Made by a program: the position numbers and the translations under genes. Positions 12,646 to 25,305 of a stretch of 64,000 nucleotides of DNA are shown here, piece after piece. Every line of letters begins with the position of its first letter. Within the stretch, counting starts at the first letter, position 1. The stretch lies in NCBI GenBank assembly GCA_000091205.1, contig AP006488.2; one strand, 5' to 3'. The stretch comes from Cyanidioschyzon merolae (taxonomy: Eukaryota). Below the pieces are notes generated by a model. The model was not told the origin of the DNA, did not search any database, and was given only the letters and a program-made list of their open reading frames with translations.

Positions 12646-14313
12646 TTTGTTTAAAATGAAGAGCTTCCTGGGAAAGCTCCAGGAACGGTCTGAAGTACGC
12701 GCAGTGCGCGTTCAAACAGCCAACTAAACGTCATTATTTGCGAGATGAGGAATTCATGTCGAAAATTAAGCGTCTCTCCATAGGCCTCAGATTGGAACGG
12801 AATACTGAACTCTTCATTCTGTTTCCAGTATTCGTTTTTTCGATTTTTTGATGTACAGTCGCGACCTTCGAAGTGCAGCATTTAAACCCGACGGACTGAA
12901 GCTCACATTTAGTTTTCTGGGCTTTTTTTCTGGAATGGCTTTTTCGACTCTGTGTGGCTAGAGCTCGTTTCGCGGCCGTCACAAAGATAATTCGCGAATC
13001 CCTCGAACACGGGTTCGTAAAACATACAATGTAATCATCCAATTCATTCGTATAAGCCTCTTATCTTCGCATTTAGATGTAGCGCTCCTTAATCACAAAT
13101 TCTTCAAGATTTTATTTTTTTTGTTTCGAGGCAACTCTTGCGTGCGGCAAATCTCATAGATGCATTGGGAACTAACACATCTCGAAGTTGCACCCCAAAG
13201 ACTTCTTCACAAGCTTATGCCGGAAGCTCAATGAACCTGTCGAGTATAATCATTGATTTCGTCCGAAACACAAGTCCTCCTCATTTCGTTGCCGTCGGCG
13301 AGACTGCATTCGACTGCAGTATGATATCTCTGTCGAGATGTGCTCCCAGAAGCTCCTATGTCTTCCGTTTGCATGGAAAAGAATGTTGGACCCGAGCTTT
13401 TCTCATTGCAGCGATCGCCTCCACTTGAGAGGGCGTTACAGCTTTGAACGAAAGGAGCGTACCTGGATCGAAATTTCTCGATTTGTTCTCCAGCATTTAG
13501 TGCGCATTCGGTCCCTTTTCATAACAAGCATCACCGCTTTCTACAAATCCTCTGTCGAATGGAACAATGCGTGCTTCGGCATGCAGCGGTCAGAGTACTC
13601 GCGAAGCAGATCGCACGGAATAAGCCCAAAATCGTAGGTACAGCACCTGACTCGGCAACGGAGGATGGCATCGACGGGAGCCCTCTACTACCGTCATAGA
13701 TATATACTGGGCGATGAGGCAAGCGTTCGCACGCCAGACGCCGGCCACCGGAGAAGAGCCGTGGTGGACTTATGTGAACAACTGACCACGGTCAAATGAA
13801 ACCGCTGCGATGGGCGCTCAGAGGCCGCATATGAAAAAGATAAAAATGGCAAGTAATTCTCAGATGGCAACTTCCATCTGCATAGGAAGTGCGTTAGCAG
13901 CAGCCGTAGGCAGCAAAATCGAGGCTTTGACACTGCCATCTACATGCCCCCAATGCTGGAAACCGAGCAGGAGGAACAGGAGTGGCCAGTTCGTTCAAAG
14001 ACGGAGGTAAGGGAGTGGAAAGGAAATCTATCGCGGAAAAATATCCGCAAAAGGCTCATGGCACGCCACTGGAAACACACCAAACCATTAGTCTATGCGT
14101 CCGCCGTAGAAAAGCGGACCCCTTCCGTTTCATTCTAATATAGGTGAGGCGAGTTCCGCCGGGCGGCGAGGTGCGTCAAGCTTCGTGAACTCGAACAGTC
14201 GCCCCGCAGAATTGCAATAACGTCTACGAGTTGCCCGAGTCCATATAATCATAATCGAATAACAGCAGATCCTCCGTTTATGTCAACAACCTAAAACTCC
14301 TAAACGTCCTTTG

Positions 14314-14619
14314 CTATTCGAGCTTGGCCAGAATTTCATCATCACGATAGATCATGAAGTCTTTGCCGTCAAGCTTGATCTGCGTGCCGCCAAACTCAGG
14401 AAGAAGTACAGTATCACCAACCTTACAAGACACGGGCAACACCTGGCCCTCTCGGGTGTAGGATCCAGGCCCAACTGCAACCACTTTGCCCTCGTTCAGC
14501 GCCTTTGCCGTCGCGCTCTCCGGAAGGAGAACACCAGCCGGTGTTGTCTTCTTCGGTACTATTTTTTCTACAAGCACGCGATCTAGAAGTGGAAGAATGC
14601 GTCTAGAGAGCGCTGACAT
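14314..14619 (-). CDS. 10 kDa chaperonin (Hsp10/GroES, mitochondrial Cpn10)
   Basis: 101 aa. LPLLDRVLVEK start, mobile-loop region TTPAGVLLPE, and GKVVAVGPG...KVGDTVLLPEFGGTQI are the classic GroES family signature. Confidence 0.9.
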   Translation of the reverse strand: MSALSRRILPLLDRVLVEKIVPKKTTPAGVLLPESATAKALNEGKVVAVGPGSYTREGQVLPVSCKVGDTVLLPEFGGTQIKLDGKDFMIYRDDEILAKLE

Positions 14620-15721
14620 TCCTCAACAATCTACTTTGAACTTTATCTTCCACTTGATAGAGTAGAAACACCCTGGCAACGCAGAGTGCACCGAAGAAGC
14701 TCCTGAAGTGCAGCGTTCGCGAACCTTCCTGATCGCCACGGGGGTGTTCTGTGCCTGGCAGGGAGCCCGAGCGGCTCCGCGGGCACCTCCTTTTTGCACA
14801 TCGACGCTTGCTGCCGTATTTTGCCTGGACAGGCGTCGCAAGGTACATAAAATTGGATTATGGACATCGACGAACAATACAGATCTTGAGATCTACTCGA
14901 AATCCTGACAACAGTTTCCTAAGGCTCTGATCTGCTCACTTGATCGAACCGCTGTGCGGCGTAAGCTCACAATGAACTGTAATGGGAAAACAAGATACCG
15001 AAAGAAGAACGGTACGAGCGTGCGCAAGAGAGAGATTCAGGTGTCTAGACACATGAAACCGTTGTATCGGATGTACCGCGGAGAGCTCTCGATATCAAGC
15101 TCTCCATATAGACAGGGTGCAAACGCTTGATACGTTTCCTATTGACTGCGCGTTCACATCGATTGGCGCTGAAAGCTCGTCGGGCCGTTTTCAGCGGCAT
15201 GCGCTCTTGGATGTATGGGAACACAGCATGCGACGACGGTTTGATGATGGAAAGAGGCATCTGGTAAAGATCCGATGACTGAAATGGAACACGCTGGAGA
15301 TCTTTTATAAACTTAGAAGACTGCTGCACGAGCGAGTATTCGAAGCCATGCTCACAAACACGAAATTTAGACTTGATTATATTGAACGGTGGAAAGCCAA
15401 TAAAGATCACCAATTGCCTAGAAATATCGTTTCTAACGGATATGTTGGGCGCAGCAGCTTTCTGGATCGCCTGACGGTACCGTAAAAGTGCCGTGCTCCA
15501 GGCGGGAATCCATGCTGCTGCTTCCTGGACATTGATTGTCTCTCACTGCAAACATCTCGCATTTCAGCGAAATGCTCACTTCTTGTGGCAAACGATTCTC
15601 TCATAAATCCGTCTCACGCAAAGCCGCTGGACGCTTCGGAAGTGCGAGTCATTTCCGAATGTTGATCGAGACGCTCAAGTCCCCGTGCACAGAGTGCTCG
15701 CGGGCCCTGCTGCTGGTGGAA

Positions 15722-16042
15722 TCACAACATACCAAGCCTTTTGCCTTCGATTGCAACGTCGTTTTGCGCTCGTGCACCTCCCCGTATCCCTTCTGTTGCG
15801 TATGTGTCTGTTTCACCAGCCGCTCCTCTACTAGCTTTGAGCACGTGCCCGTGTTCGTTAGGTGCGAATGTCATGAAGCCTTTATCAATGGGTATTCTTC
15901 GGACCCGGTTCTTGCGCTCGTAGTACGCGTTCACCCGAGGAGCAAAAGAGTAGCGTCTGTGCCCGACAGCTGCTCCAGCACTATTGGCGAGCACCAAGTG
16001 ATATGGCCTGCCGGTCACTTCCTTTCCCATCTCATTGAACAT
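15722..16042 (-). CDS. Possible 3' exon of a ribosomal protein L21e-like gene. The multi-exon structure is unresolved and the upstream exon was not found.
   Basis: GKEVTGRPYHLVLANSAGAAV...RVNAYYERKNRV resembles RPL21e [20 protein letters not shown]...RINVRIEHIKHS. An in-frame TAG 5 codons upstream of the ATG suggests an AG acceptor. The match is weak. Confidence 0.25.
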   Translation of the reverse strand: MFNEMGKEVTGRPYHLVLANSAGAAVGHRRYSFAPRVNAYYERKNRVRRIPIDKGFMTFAPNEHGHVLKASRGAAGETDTYATEGIRGGARAQNDVAIEGKRLGML

Positions 16043-18147
16043 GTTGGGGCATGCACGCTACCCGCGTCACTGCGACCAAAACTCTCGCCGCCCCGGCACG
16101 GTCTCATCTGCTCGTTCCAAATATCGTCCGCTGGAGACATTTGGACGCTCATCTGATCGCTGAATGAGGCGCTGAAAGCATCCACCTCTGCTCGATATCA
16201 ATGCCAGAGCGTCCAGGTGGGTCCCGATGTGCACATTCCATTTGATGGTACTTATTCTGACCTCCATCATGCATGGGTCCCGATTATACAGAACCCCTGG
16301 AAAAGTGAGTGGCCGCATCTGCTTTCCGTTCAGGTCCTTGACCTAGTACTATTGGTGAAGATACGTGGCGGCAACCGTGAGTATTTAAAACCCGATATAC
16401 TCACCCTCTTTGAAATCTTTCTTTTCTTATACCTTGAACAGTTGCAAGTGTGTCTCGTTGCTCGATTGCGGCCTAGATTTCACATAGTCCATGCAGAATG
16501 GCATTCCGTCGATCCCTGTCTTCAATGTGAATCCCATTAAATTTTCTCCCCGTAGGAGCGAAAACTTGAAGGAGCTCCGCCCGTGCTTTGCGCGAAGCTG
16601 TTCGAATGCTGCAGACTTGGTTGCAGAGAACATACATGGCGCCTTTGGGAGGGCATGAAGCACACTACAAAACTGGTTGCGGGCATAGAATGGTCCTCGA
16701 TGCGACTTATGCGACGTACACCGACAAAACCCGTGAGGAAGTGATGCCGCTCGGATTCGAGGCTAAAGACTGGTATGCCACGAAAAGCTCTGTTTATGAA
16801 ATCGATTTGGCGCAAGAAGCTTGGAGGGCCGGCATCACCTTTCAACCATCCTTAAAGATACAACATCCTAAGTGAAGAGATCTGATGCAACACGATGGGC
16901 GTCGGAGTTCTGGTTTGACGCTCACTTTCTTAGCGACACCCCCCACGGATACGCTCGAAAGCTGAATACATACGCAACTGCCAGCCCGCCATTCGCTTCC
17001 ATCGACATCCAAGGCACTTCTTCCATTAGCTCCCTGTTTCCGCTACCAGTGAGATTAGTATATTGCGCGCAAACGATGAGCAGCATGAAGCGCTCGGAAA
17101 TGACTCGGATCTGCCATTGGGTTCGAAGGATGGCTTTACATGTTAGGGTACCCGCGCTGAAGATGTTCAGAACGCCGGCGTCTCGCAGCTTCGTGCCAAA
17201 GTATTGCAGGGAGCGCGCGTACAAACTTTTGGTCCGAAGATCATGCTCTTTTGCATCCTCAGTCGCAAGGATCAGTTGCTATGTCGCGCGAATCTTTGAT
17301 CCGAAAATTTCCAGGGGAATATGGACTGCTGGTAGCCCGCGCCCGGGACTCGAACGAGCAGTTGCCAGACCAGGTGCGTCGAGGCGACGGAAACTTGCCG
17401 ATCCTTCTCCGGAAAAGAAGCATCGCGATCAACAGCCGAAACACAAAACTTACGCAAAGATTTAAACTTATTTCAGTGCTGGAATAGACTCAACTAAAAT
17501 GCAGGAAGGCATATTGAACGTTCTCGGAAATCTGCTCGCCAAACTCTCCATCATTCGCGGAAGACAGGTAGCATTCAAGCTTTTCTGGGCAGTTGAATTC
17601 TCCAAATATATTCCATCGCTTCCAAGAGTGACGATCAACCAAGTACGTGCCCTGCTAGGTCCTACGGCTTCTCGCAAGGAACGCGTCAAATCGAAAGCGA
17701 CTGGAAAGTTCTGGAGCCCCAGCGGCTGCCCGCTGCTTCACATTTATCGACGGGCCTCTAGGAACCCGAGTCGCAGATGAGCCGACAATTCTCGAAGGAT
17801 TGGCACGTCCGGAGCACGCGCCCTTGCGCTATCTGACGAGGATAGCGCAGGCCCTCTGCAGTAAATGTATGAACCACCCCTGTCTCTCACACGCTGCTTT
17901 TGATTTTCATAAGCACGTGAACAATCCACCAAGTTCTTCAAATATGGATCGTAGACAAAACGTGAAGTCCTACGTTGTCTAATAAAGTTCCATTCTAAAT
18001 GTTGGTCTTAAACATTCCGCGCGATCTTTTGAATTCCCCATCGAATGCGATGGCGCCATCCAAAACGAAGAGGTACCGATCGTCGCTGAGCCTATGCCTA
18101 GGACGTGAAGCGGTACCTAGCAACACTGTGCGACACGCGCCAGTATA

Positions 18148-20025
18148 TTGCTCGTGTATATTGAAGACTTCAAAAAGCCCCACAAACATTTTGGAATGAG
18201 CAGCTTGTACACCCGAAGCGTGACACCCAGTGAAGCGAGTACGAAGGATCATATGACCGAATTGGATAGCGAACGTCCGGTGGAAGACTACTCCCTGGGA
18301 TCTTTCGGGCGCCGAACGCTCGCAGAGCGGAACGAAGAAGGGACTAGCGCCTCTTACTCGGGACGTTATGATTCTCCCGAGACGGATAACGAGTGGCTCG
18401 AGTCGCAGCGTCTCGCCGAGGCCGTAACGGAACGGTCTCCAATACGGTTTCGGGTGCGCAACGCGAACTTGCTTCAAACGGCGCTGTCTCTGAAACCTGA
18501 GTCCGAGTCACAAACAGACAGGGTTGCTTTAGATCCTCCCGCTTTCTCAGACGGACAAGAGAACACTCATGCAGCTGAGCGCCCGAAGCAAAGCACATAC
18601 GCGCTTGGCAGCTGCGGTCGAGATTTGGGCGGCCTTGCCGGGCGAAACTCGACGTCTGCAGACGAGCCCTCGTTGGACGAAGCGTCCGATAAGACAAACA
18701 GGGAAGATGATCCGGACTCACTGCACTTGCAGGTCTCTGATGGTTCCAACCCCCAGCCGCTTTTGTCGAAAATGACGGTACTTTCGGATGAAGAGCCACA
18801 GCCTCGACGTATTACCAGCGAAGCGACGTCGCTCTCGATAGCCGGCACAGCAGCTGATGAACATCGTGGCATTGCACCACCTCTGATGGGCTCAAATTCC
18901 GTAGTTGCCAGTGCGGTAATGTCGAAGTCGTCGACAGTTTCCACATCAAGCACCCCCGTGAGCAGCAATTCCAACAACCGGCTCTCGTCGCGGCGGACTC
19001 TTTCTTGTGGTGAATGCGACAATTCACGGGAACAGCACAGTGAACGTGTTCGAAACTCGGCAAAATTGCAGGCGGATTCCTCCGATACGCCTGGATCGAG
19101 GCACGCAGACCTCCTTTGCGAAGAAGACGAGATTCTATCAGCTGTTCATGTAGATTGCTCCTCCACAGCGAACGTTGCCTGGCGAACGCTAACTCAGGCG
19201 GATGCTCATCAGCGTACCGCGAATGACGATCCACACTTAGACGCAGAGAATACGTCTCTCTCAACGATATTTCCGGATATACGCTCAGCAGAAGCAGTAG
19301 AATCGCTGCGGCAACAAATTCAAGATCTAGAGGCTCAACGAGCTCGTCTGTTGAGTGAACTCGATCTGATGCGTCTGAACATGGAACGTCGTTTCAGCGT
19401 AGTCGAGAGGGAAATCGCGGAGACAAAACTGAGCATTATTCGTTCTCTTTCCTCCGAGGGACGCTCCGAAAGGTTAGAGGTTTCCGAGTCTGCCGTTTCA
19501 GAGTTCCCAGCCGCGACGCAGATTGCGGTTCACGCGGATGGGTCTCGAATCGGGATACCCCACGAAAAATCCTGCGACGATCAAATTGCCGCCAATTCTT
19601 CGATGGAGCGTAACTGCATTCGAGAGCACCTTCTAGAGAGTAATTACTCGTTGACAGCAGCCCAAGTATCGTCGCTGGCTCCATCGAGGGTTTCTGATGG
19701 AGCAAAAAACCTGCGCATGACCATTGTCCAAGAGCTGCATAAGACGGATATATATGGAAACATGCTCAAAGCGTGGCAGACTGTCTTCAAGCCGGCAGGA
19801 AAGCATGTGGACTGGAACCTCTTTCGGATCGCAGTAATCAAGATATTGCGGAATCACTGGTTGGCCGATCGAAAGGTTAGCGACGCCGAAAAGCTCATGA
19901 CAACGTTCACTGAGCCTCCCGACGAAATCATTTATGCCGTATGGAAGGATATTGTCGGCGAACAAATGGGTGCAACGATGCAGTGGAAGCACTTTGTCGA
20001 TTTGTACGGAAGCATGGGAGTATGA
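18148..20025 (+). CDS. Hypothetical protein of 625 aa, with a Ser-rich disordered N-terminal half, a coiled-coil segment and a conserved-looking globular C-terminus
   Basis: Long uninterrupted ORF with a coiled-coil heptad pattern (LRQQIQDLEAQRARLLSELDLMRLNMERR). No family was recognised. Confidence 0.4.
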   Translation: MLVYIEDFKKPHKHFGMSSLYTRSVTPSEASTKDHMTELDSERPVEDYSLGSFGRRTLAERNEEGTSASYSGRYDSPETDNEWLESQRLAEAVTERSPIRFRVRNANLLQTALSLKPESESQTDRVALDPPAFSDGQENTHAAERPKQSTYALGSCGRDLGGLAGRNSTSADEPSLDEASDKTNREDDPDSLHLQVSDGSNPQPLLSKMTVLSDEEPQPRRITSEATSLSIAGTAADEHRGIAPPLMGSNSVVASAVMSKSSTVSTSSTPVSSNSNNRLSSRRTLSCGECDNSREQHSERVRNSAKLQADSSDTPGSRHADLLCEEDEILSAVHVDCSSTANVAWRTLTQADAHQRTANDDPHLDAENTSLSTIFPDIRSAEAVESLRQQIQDLEAQRARLLSELDLMRLNMERRFSVVEREIAETKLSIIRSLSSEGRSERLEVSESAVSEFPAATQIAVHADGSRIGIPHEKSCDDQIAANSSMERNCIREHLLESNYSLTAAQVSSLAPSRVSDGAKNLRMTIVQELHKTDIYGNMLKAWQTVFKPAGKHVDWNLFRIAVIKILRNHWLADRKVSDAEKLMTTFTEPPDEIIYAVWKDIVGEQMGATMQWKHFVDLYGSMGV

Positions 20026-20575
20026 GCAGCACTTTTTCATAAGTTGAATGGCAACATCAGAGCGGCATCTCAGGAAATGCCTTTCTGGTGAGGCGAGGCA
20101 AAGCAGTTTGCGCACATGGTCTCGGCGCTCAGGAACCACGCATCAGCAGGTTTTTGCAGGTGCGTGCCGTTGCTTCGCATCAGGACTGTATGCAAACATT
20201 CATGCCGTCCCCCATCTGAGGACATCGCAGGTTTCCATGAACGAAGCCCCTCCCGGCCGCTTCAAGGTGCCTTTGCGTGGCTTCCAGAATCGGGCGGACA
20301 TCCTCATGTTCACATTTACGTAGAAAGGGTAACCAGTGAATCGATAGAAGAGTGCTGCTGTGCTCTAGAGCAAGTATGACAATGTACGGCTTTCGGGGAA
20401 TCGTTTAGACGACCCAAAAAGAAGAGAGCTTGGCTGGCATGTGCAACCTGGGTACATGAGCTATATGCAGCCGCCCACCGGCGACCAAGTTATCCCTCTC
20501 GGACGCTGATCCAGAGGTACCGATGCTAACTTTTAGATCCATCCCAGATACGTTTGCAGATTTGGCCAAAAGTCC

Positions 20576-22906
20576 CTATTCAGGGTCACGTCGGATTCCC
20601 AAGGCTCTATCGATTGCAGCAAGCAGATCTACGTCACTCCGATGACGGCCTTGAGCGCCCTTACCAGGCTTACCGTGCAGGGGCTCTGCATCGGTATCTG
20701 CTTTTGAACCATTGCTGGCCTCTCTTGGGGCATCTAAGCGCTGCAACGGGCGTGCATCCAGCCCCTGCCTTTGTGTTCGCGATGCAAATGATGCCGGGCT
20801 CGGAATGCTCGATGAGGAATGCTCAGAGGCAACCGCTTCTGTAATCCGATCTGGAGGACGCGGCGGTTGCGTGGACGCCCTTTGAGTGATCAAGAGTTGC
20901 CGAACCATCTCGCCCAGTGCCTTGCGCTGGCTCTCGTTCATCGGATGGAGGGTGCTCAACAGCGACGTTGCCGACATTCTTGCCCGTGAATTCTGTGGCA
21001 TCTCACGAGCGAATACGACAGCTTGCGCAATGGCTCTCAGGCGCTCTTGCATGAGACGTTGCTCCAGGGCCTCGAGTGCTTGCTGCTGCATCTCTGGAGT
21101 TAGGTTCGGCATCACGAGTACTCGTTCCTTAGCAGCTTCGGTCATTTGTAAGAAGAACGGGTCCCGTCGCAGCCACTCTACAAGGTCAGGAGCAATCCGA
21201 TGTCGCATAGTTTCCTGAACCACCTCCCGGCCTGGAGTCAAAAGTCCCGTTCCATGCCCCGCATTCGCTCCACTAGCGGGCTGTGCGCTCTGCCTGGAAA
21301 CAGCACCGAGAGGGCTCGGCATGCTTGCACGATACTGGAGGGAGCTCAACCGCTGTGGGATTCCCGCAGAGGCTTGACTCGATTTGCTCTCAGCAGCCGC
21401 GTTCGCCACCTGATTTCGTTCTGTGGAAGCTGCGTTGGAGGCCTCGTCCGGCACACTGTTTCGCCGTTGCACAAGATCAGAGAGTTGGCTTCGAATCGAT
21501 GATGGCCCGTTGGACGCCGAGGAAAGCGACGCGGCGACTGCTCTCTGCGTGCTCGTAGGCGCTTGATGGAGACGCGGTAGCAACTGGCGACTTGGGTCAG
21601 TCCAAAATGTGCCGGGCTGAGCAAAAAAGCTTTGACCGTGGAAGATCCCATTCGTGGTTCTGTTCTGCGAGAGCTGCCGAGGGTCTATGAGCCATGATGA
21701 GCCGAAAGAACGTTTGCTCTGTAACCGCAAAATCGCATGGGCAATCGTATTCGTTGATGCTGGCAGAAGCTCCTCTTTTGTAGAGAGCTGCTCTTTGGCG
21801 GGGTGCACGTAGCCTCTCGCACTGGTTACCTTTTTCTTCATAGCCGGCGGTAAAGTCATCTGCATGATTCTCTCCCAAGACATGTTCAGATACAGAAGAC
21901 GCGCAAGGGGATCCAACCGATCCGGCATGCTCTCTGTCTCAGCGCTATTCGGTTTTGACGCATATGGTATCCGCGGCCAAAAATACTTGCGGTGAAAGGC
22001 TCGGCATTTGGCGGCCTCTGTGGCAACATTGCCCGCCGTGATCCGGGAGTTGGTCTCAGCGATACCAGCGTTCCTCGTCACTTTGACAGTTGAAAGTGCA
22101 GCAAAGCTCCGATACAAGCTCAAATCTGCGTCTACCGGAGCAGTGTGATGCTGCTGATCACGATTGCCGCTGATCGCACGCGCAGACTGCATTCCGTGCA
22201 TGAAGAGCAACTGCGAGTCGTACACTTTCCCTACACGCTTTGCATGTCTGCCGAAACGCGTTTTTGGTGCACCATCCTCGTCATCCAGAAGCTGAGAGAA
22301 ATAGATTTCAGGAAACTCAAACGAAAGCACGACATTATGCAGATCGCTGTCGCACATATTGCGCTGGAACTGCGTGGCGACGTTCGTCACCTGCTTGGCA
22401 CACTCATTGAGGAGCGGAACCCATCGATCTGGGCAGCAGCGTAATATATGCTCATAGACCCGGGACTCGATTACAGGGCGGCGGCAGTTTTTGCACACAT
22501 ACAATACAGGGCTGCGAGTCATAAAAATGTCGACATCCTCCAGCGCAACGCTGGGAGGCATGGATAGCTTCTGCGCGAGCTTCGCATCGTCTACGCTATC
22601 TCCCTCGACGGTGCTATCCAAGTACCAAGAATCGAGTCTATCCTTCAGAAACCCAACAAAATCCACGTTTATCTCTTGTCCACACGGAAGTGTTGCACAC
22701 AGTTCCTCAGAGAGGAAACTTATCCTCCTTTTCTTCTCAAGCGGGTACTCGTGGCTTTTCGAAATTTGTGGCGGAGGAGGACGTTTCCGCTGTACTTTAT
22801 CAGCAAAGCAGCGAGCAAGCGCACGGGCAGAAACGCAAACATCGGCTTCATCGGACAGTTCTAGGAGCTCGTGCATGATTTGCTTTTCTGAAGCGTCAAA
22901 ACCCAT
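20576..22906 (-). CDS. Hypothetical protein of 776 aa with an N-terminal C-x2-C...H-x4-C zinc-finger-like motif and a Gln/Ser-rich low-complexity C-terminal half
   Basis: Long ORF containing VYVCKNCRRPVIESRVYEHILRCCPDRW. No confident family assignment. R1 copy B lies about 90 bp upstream of its start. Confidence 0.4.
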   Translation of the reverse strand: MGFDASEKQIMHELLELSDEADVCVSARALARCFADKVQRKRPPPPQISKSHEYPLEKKRRISFLSEELCATLPCGQEINVDFVGFLKDRLDSWYLDSTVEGDSVDDAKLAQKLSMPPSVALEDVDIFMTRSPVLYVCKNCRRPVIESRVYEHILRCCPDRWVPLLNECAKQVTNVATQFQRNMCDSDLHNVVLSFEFPEIYFSQLLDDEDGAPKTRFGRHAKRVGKVYDSQLLFMHGMQSARAISGNRDQQHHTAPVDADLSLYRSFAALSTVKVTRNAGIAETNSRITAGNVATEAAKCRAFHRKYFWPRIPYASKPNSAETESMPDRLDPLARLLYLNMSWERIMQMTLPPAMKKKVTSARGYVHPAKEQLSTKEELLPASTNTIAHAILRLQSKRSFGSSWLIDPRQLSQNRTTNGIFHGQSFFAQPGTFWTDPSRQLLPRLHQAPTSTQRAVAASLSSASNGPSSIRSQLSDLVQRRNSVPDEASNAASTERNQVANAAAESKSSQASAGIPQRLSSLQYRASMPSPLGAVSRQSAQPASGANAGHGTGLLTPGREVVQETMRHRIAPDLVEWLRRDPFFLQMTEAAKERVLVMPNLTPEMQQQALEALEQRLMQERLRAIAQAVVFAREMPQNSRARMSATSLLSTLHPMNESQRKALGEMVRQLLITQRASTQPPRPPDRITEAVASEHSSSSIPSPASFASRTQRQGLDARPLQRLDAPREASNGSKADTDAEPLHGKPGKGAQGRHRSDVDLLAAIDRALGIRRDPE

Positions 22907-22998
22907 TGGACACTAACAACGCGATTGCGCTAGGAAACGAGCGCTTCCCGCGCCGCGGCGGGCCTCCCGACAGTGCCCCGTTGCTGCCCAGTTCGAGG

Positions 22999-25095
22999 CA
23001 AATCGTCCCGCCACCACCTCTCCACAAATATGAGCACGCTTTCGCTTCTGGCAGAGGCAGCCCCAGGTTTCACACACTACTCAAGCTCCGGCGTTGTCCG
23101 AAACACACTATCCTACACACTGCTCCCCAGCAGCAGGCGCGGAGACTGATGATCGTCTGGTCGGCCGCACGGCGCGCGGTGCCATGCACTGGAATCGGTA
23201 GGCAGCAGGTACCACAGCCTGCAGCGTATACGATTAGAAGCGGCTATACTGAGCTATGGAAAACGAGGTCTATGTTTTGTTGCAGCGAACCTCAGCCATA
23301 AATTGAGTATTCCCCATGAAAACCAGGAACGTCCGTTCCAGGCAGAGCTTGCAGACGTTTGTTGTTTCGACGGTAGGTTTACCACGACGCGCATAAAAGT
23401 ATTCCGCTCAGGTGCGGGCCACAAACACAGCCTCGAGCACAGTGCTCCTGCGAGCCGCGAGCGCCTTGATAACGTGTTGAGTAACGGGAGCAACGCGAAC
23501 ACAGCGGCGATGTGAACAGAACGTGCAGTCCTGCGGCCTGTCGCGCGCGAGATAGCGCTGTAAGAGTCGCGGTGTCGGGCTTTTTCGCGGACGCTCGCGT
23601 GAGGCCGAGTCTCGTGCAGCGCCCAGCGACAGACCACGTGCACTCGTGCACTCGACTGCGCGCTGCTGCCTGCATGTGCAGCACCAGCTCGGATACCAGC
23701 GTCAATGCCAGAGCTATCGAAACGCCAGGCTAGGATGGGCCAGTGAAGCGCTCGCTCTGTGCCTGCCTTTTGAACATTTCCCCGACTTTTCCTCGATACA
23801 CGGCCTCGACATTCAATGTGCGGCTCTAACTGCTACTCGACTCAATGTTAGAGTTAGAATCCTCGGTCGTGTGTTCAGGGCGGCTCGTTTGACTCCTTTC
23901 TCCTGGCATTCGTGGCGCCAACGGAATCAAGATGACTCGGGGCGCCGTCGAACACGCGTTGGTGGCATATCCGAAAATATGGTTTTCCGGTTCGAGCGCC
24001 CAAGCGTCCACGCTTGTCCTTGCCTAAAATGTAGCCTGCCCGGATCACGCATGCTTCGCGTACTCAATGGACCTGCTTGGAGGCCACCCGTGGGCACGGC
24101 AATTTGTGCAGATGGATTTGCGAGGCGGACAACTCGACGTCGTGCCCTGGCGACATGCTCGCAGGCTCATGCCGGGCGTTCACTTTACTTGACACGCCGA
24201 ATGGTGGATTCGGTTCGAGAGACCGATCGTGCGCTGCTTGCGGCCGTCGACGACTCGGCATTCGACAGCAGCATGGTACCTCTCAGGGCTGGTACGCTCG
24301 CAGATGTTCCTGTCTCCCCTGTTCGGACTGCAACGAGACTTGCACCGGGCCTCGAGGCACCGCATGGATCGCTCTCAGCAGAGCGTGCGTCACTGCTGAG
24401 CACGAAGCGAGTGCAGAGGGGTCGACACTTCTGGATCGACAGTTCTTAATCGAGCTCGTCTGTACTGATATCCCAGAACTTGCATCGTCATCGACAACAT
24501 TGCGTTCCGCAAATGCTTTGTCGAACGGAGCAACGAACGCATTCGTATGCAGCGGTTAGCGTACTCGCCGAGTGATCGCCAAGAAGAAGCGGATCATCAT
24601 CGCAGGGTCCGGCATCTGAAGCTGAGCCCGAGGAGGGCATTGACGGGTGTCGTCTGTAGCCATAGAAGGCATGCACTGAGCGACGGAGCTGGTGTCCTCG
24701 TCCCCCAGAGCAGCCCACGGAGGGGCAGGCACAGTGGACACACAGGAATCGCGGATCACGGTGATGGGTCCGCGCTGCAAAGCGCTTACCTGGGCTGTTT
24801 ATAGAAGAGGTGCACGAATCGAGTGCGGCATGGACCCGAACTGCTGCCTGATGATGAAATGCGTTCGCGAGAGCGGGAAGCAGTAGAATCGGGGCATGCG
24901 CGTTGCTATCAGCAGACCTCGACTGCTGAGACTGAACCATGAGGCACCGGAGAGACCTGCTCATTTCAGGCGGGGGATGAGTTAGAGAGCGATGAAAAGG
25001 TATCGGTTGCTGGAAAGCCCGGAGAGACTTGTAATGATGACAGTGGGAACTGACCGATTGTTTATGGTGCACACCTGCTTTAGCGTAGTTGGACG
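22999..25095 (+). repeat. R1 repeat copy B. Its right end is about 30 bp shorter than in copies A and C.
   Basis: Collinear with 5535-7660 at near-identity. Diverges from A and C after ...TTGGACG at about 25095. Confidence 0.85.
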
Positions 25096-25305
25096 TCTCT
25101 AATTTTGTCTCATATAGATATAAATCAAGTTTACCCATTTCGGAGACAAGATTTGCTTGCGGATCGCAGCCGCCGCTCCCTATTCGTTGACACCGGGCCA
25201 TACGCTGCCCACTAGAGTTTGCGAAAAGCTAGTTCGAGCCCGTACGTCTGCTAGGAACTGACTCAAACAGGCAGTTGATATCGGTTTCCTAGATCTCGCA
25301 GGGCT

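Noticed and set aside
12650-14300. AT-rich 1.6-kb stretch between kynureninase and Hsp10 as a possible mobile element or centromere-like region
   Set aside because: It has no internal repeats, terminal structures or coding signal. The simplest reading is ordinary intergenic or promoter DNA with a lower-GC base composition.
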